From the NCBI GenBank assembly GCA_951406725.2, contig OX597820.1:89652001-89716000 (forward strand): a stretch of DNA of 64,000 bases. The letters are read 5' to 3'. Of this stretch, positions 63,941 to 64,000 are shown in pieces. Positions within the stretch are counted from its first letter, which is position 1. Each line of letters opens with the position of its first letter. The notes beneath the pieces are model-generated. The model ran no database searches. It worked only from the letters and a program-made list of their open reading frames with translations, and was not told the origin of the DNA. The stretch is from Octopus vulgaris. Its lineage: Eukaryota. A program made the position numbers and the translations under genes.

Positions 63941-64000
63941 TTTATATATACCCTTGGACGATACTGTCGTGGGGCTTGCGAGTGAATGCAAGCGGAGCGT

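Overview
AT-rich, microsatellite-dense animal genomic DNA. The SINE families and repeat landscape point to a coleoid cephalopod, most likely Octopus (inference, not a database result). I found no intact host gene, tRNA, rRNA or CRISPR array, and most ORF-track entries are translations of microsatellites. The window is a layered graveyard of mobile elements: several mariner and Tc1 DNA transposons and MITEs, a hAT MITE, Penelope-like remnants, HERO-, CR1-, L1/Tx1- and R4/Dong-type LINE fragments, three tRNA-derived SINE families (three copies with clean TSDs), and a decayed full-length Mag-clade Gypsy element with two 241-bp LTRs nested in an R4-type LINE. Four things stand out. (1) A TA-flanked, TIR-bounded Hsmar1-like mariner (33054-34240) carries a retrotransposon gag/ORF1 cassette, and a second, diverged ORF1 is fused in frame to the same mariner family at 25490-26950. 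(2) An ~11-kb (TAA)n 'landing pad' of co-oriented R4/Dong-like LINEs and a non-coding partner repeat. (3) A LINE whose ORF1 combines a Myb/SANT-like N-terminus with a CCCH-type finger. (4) Scattered hammerhead-core motifs of Penelope type.
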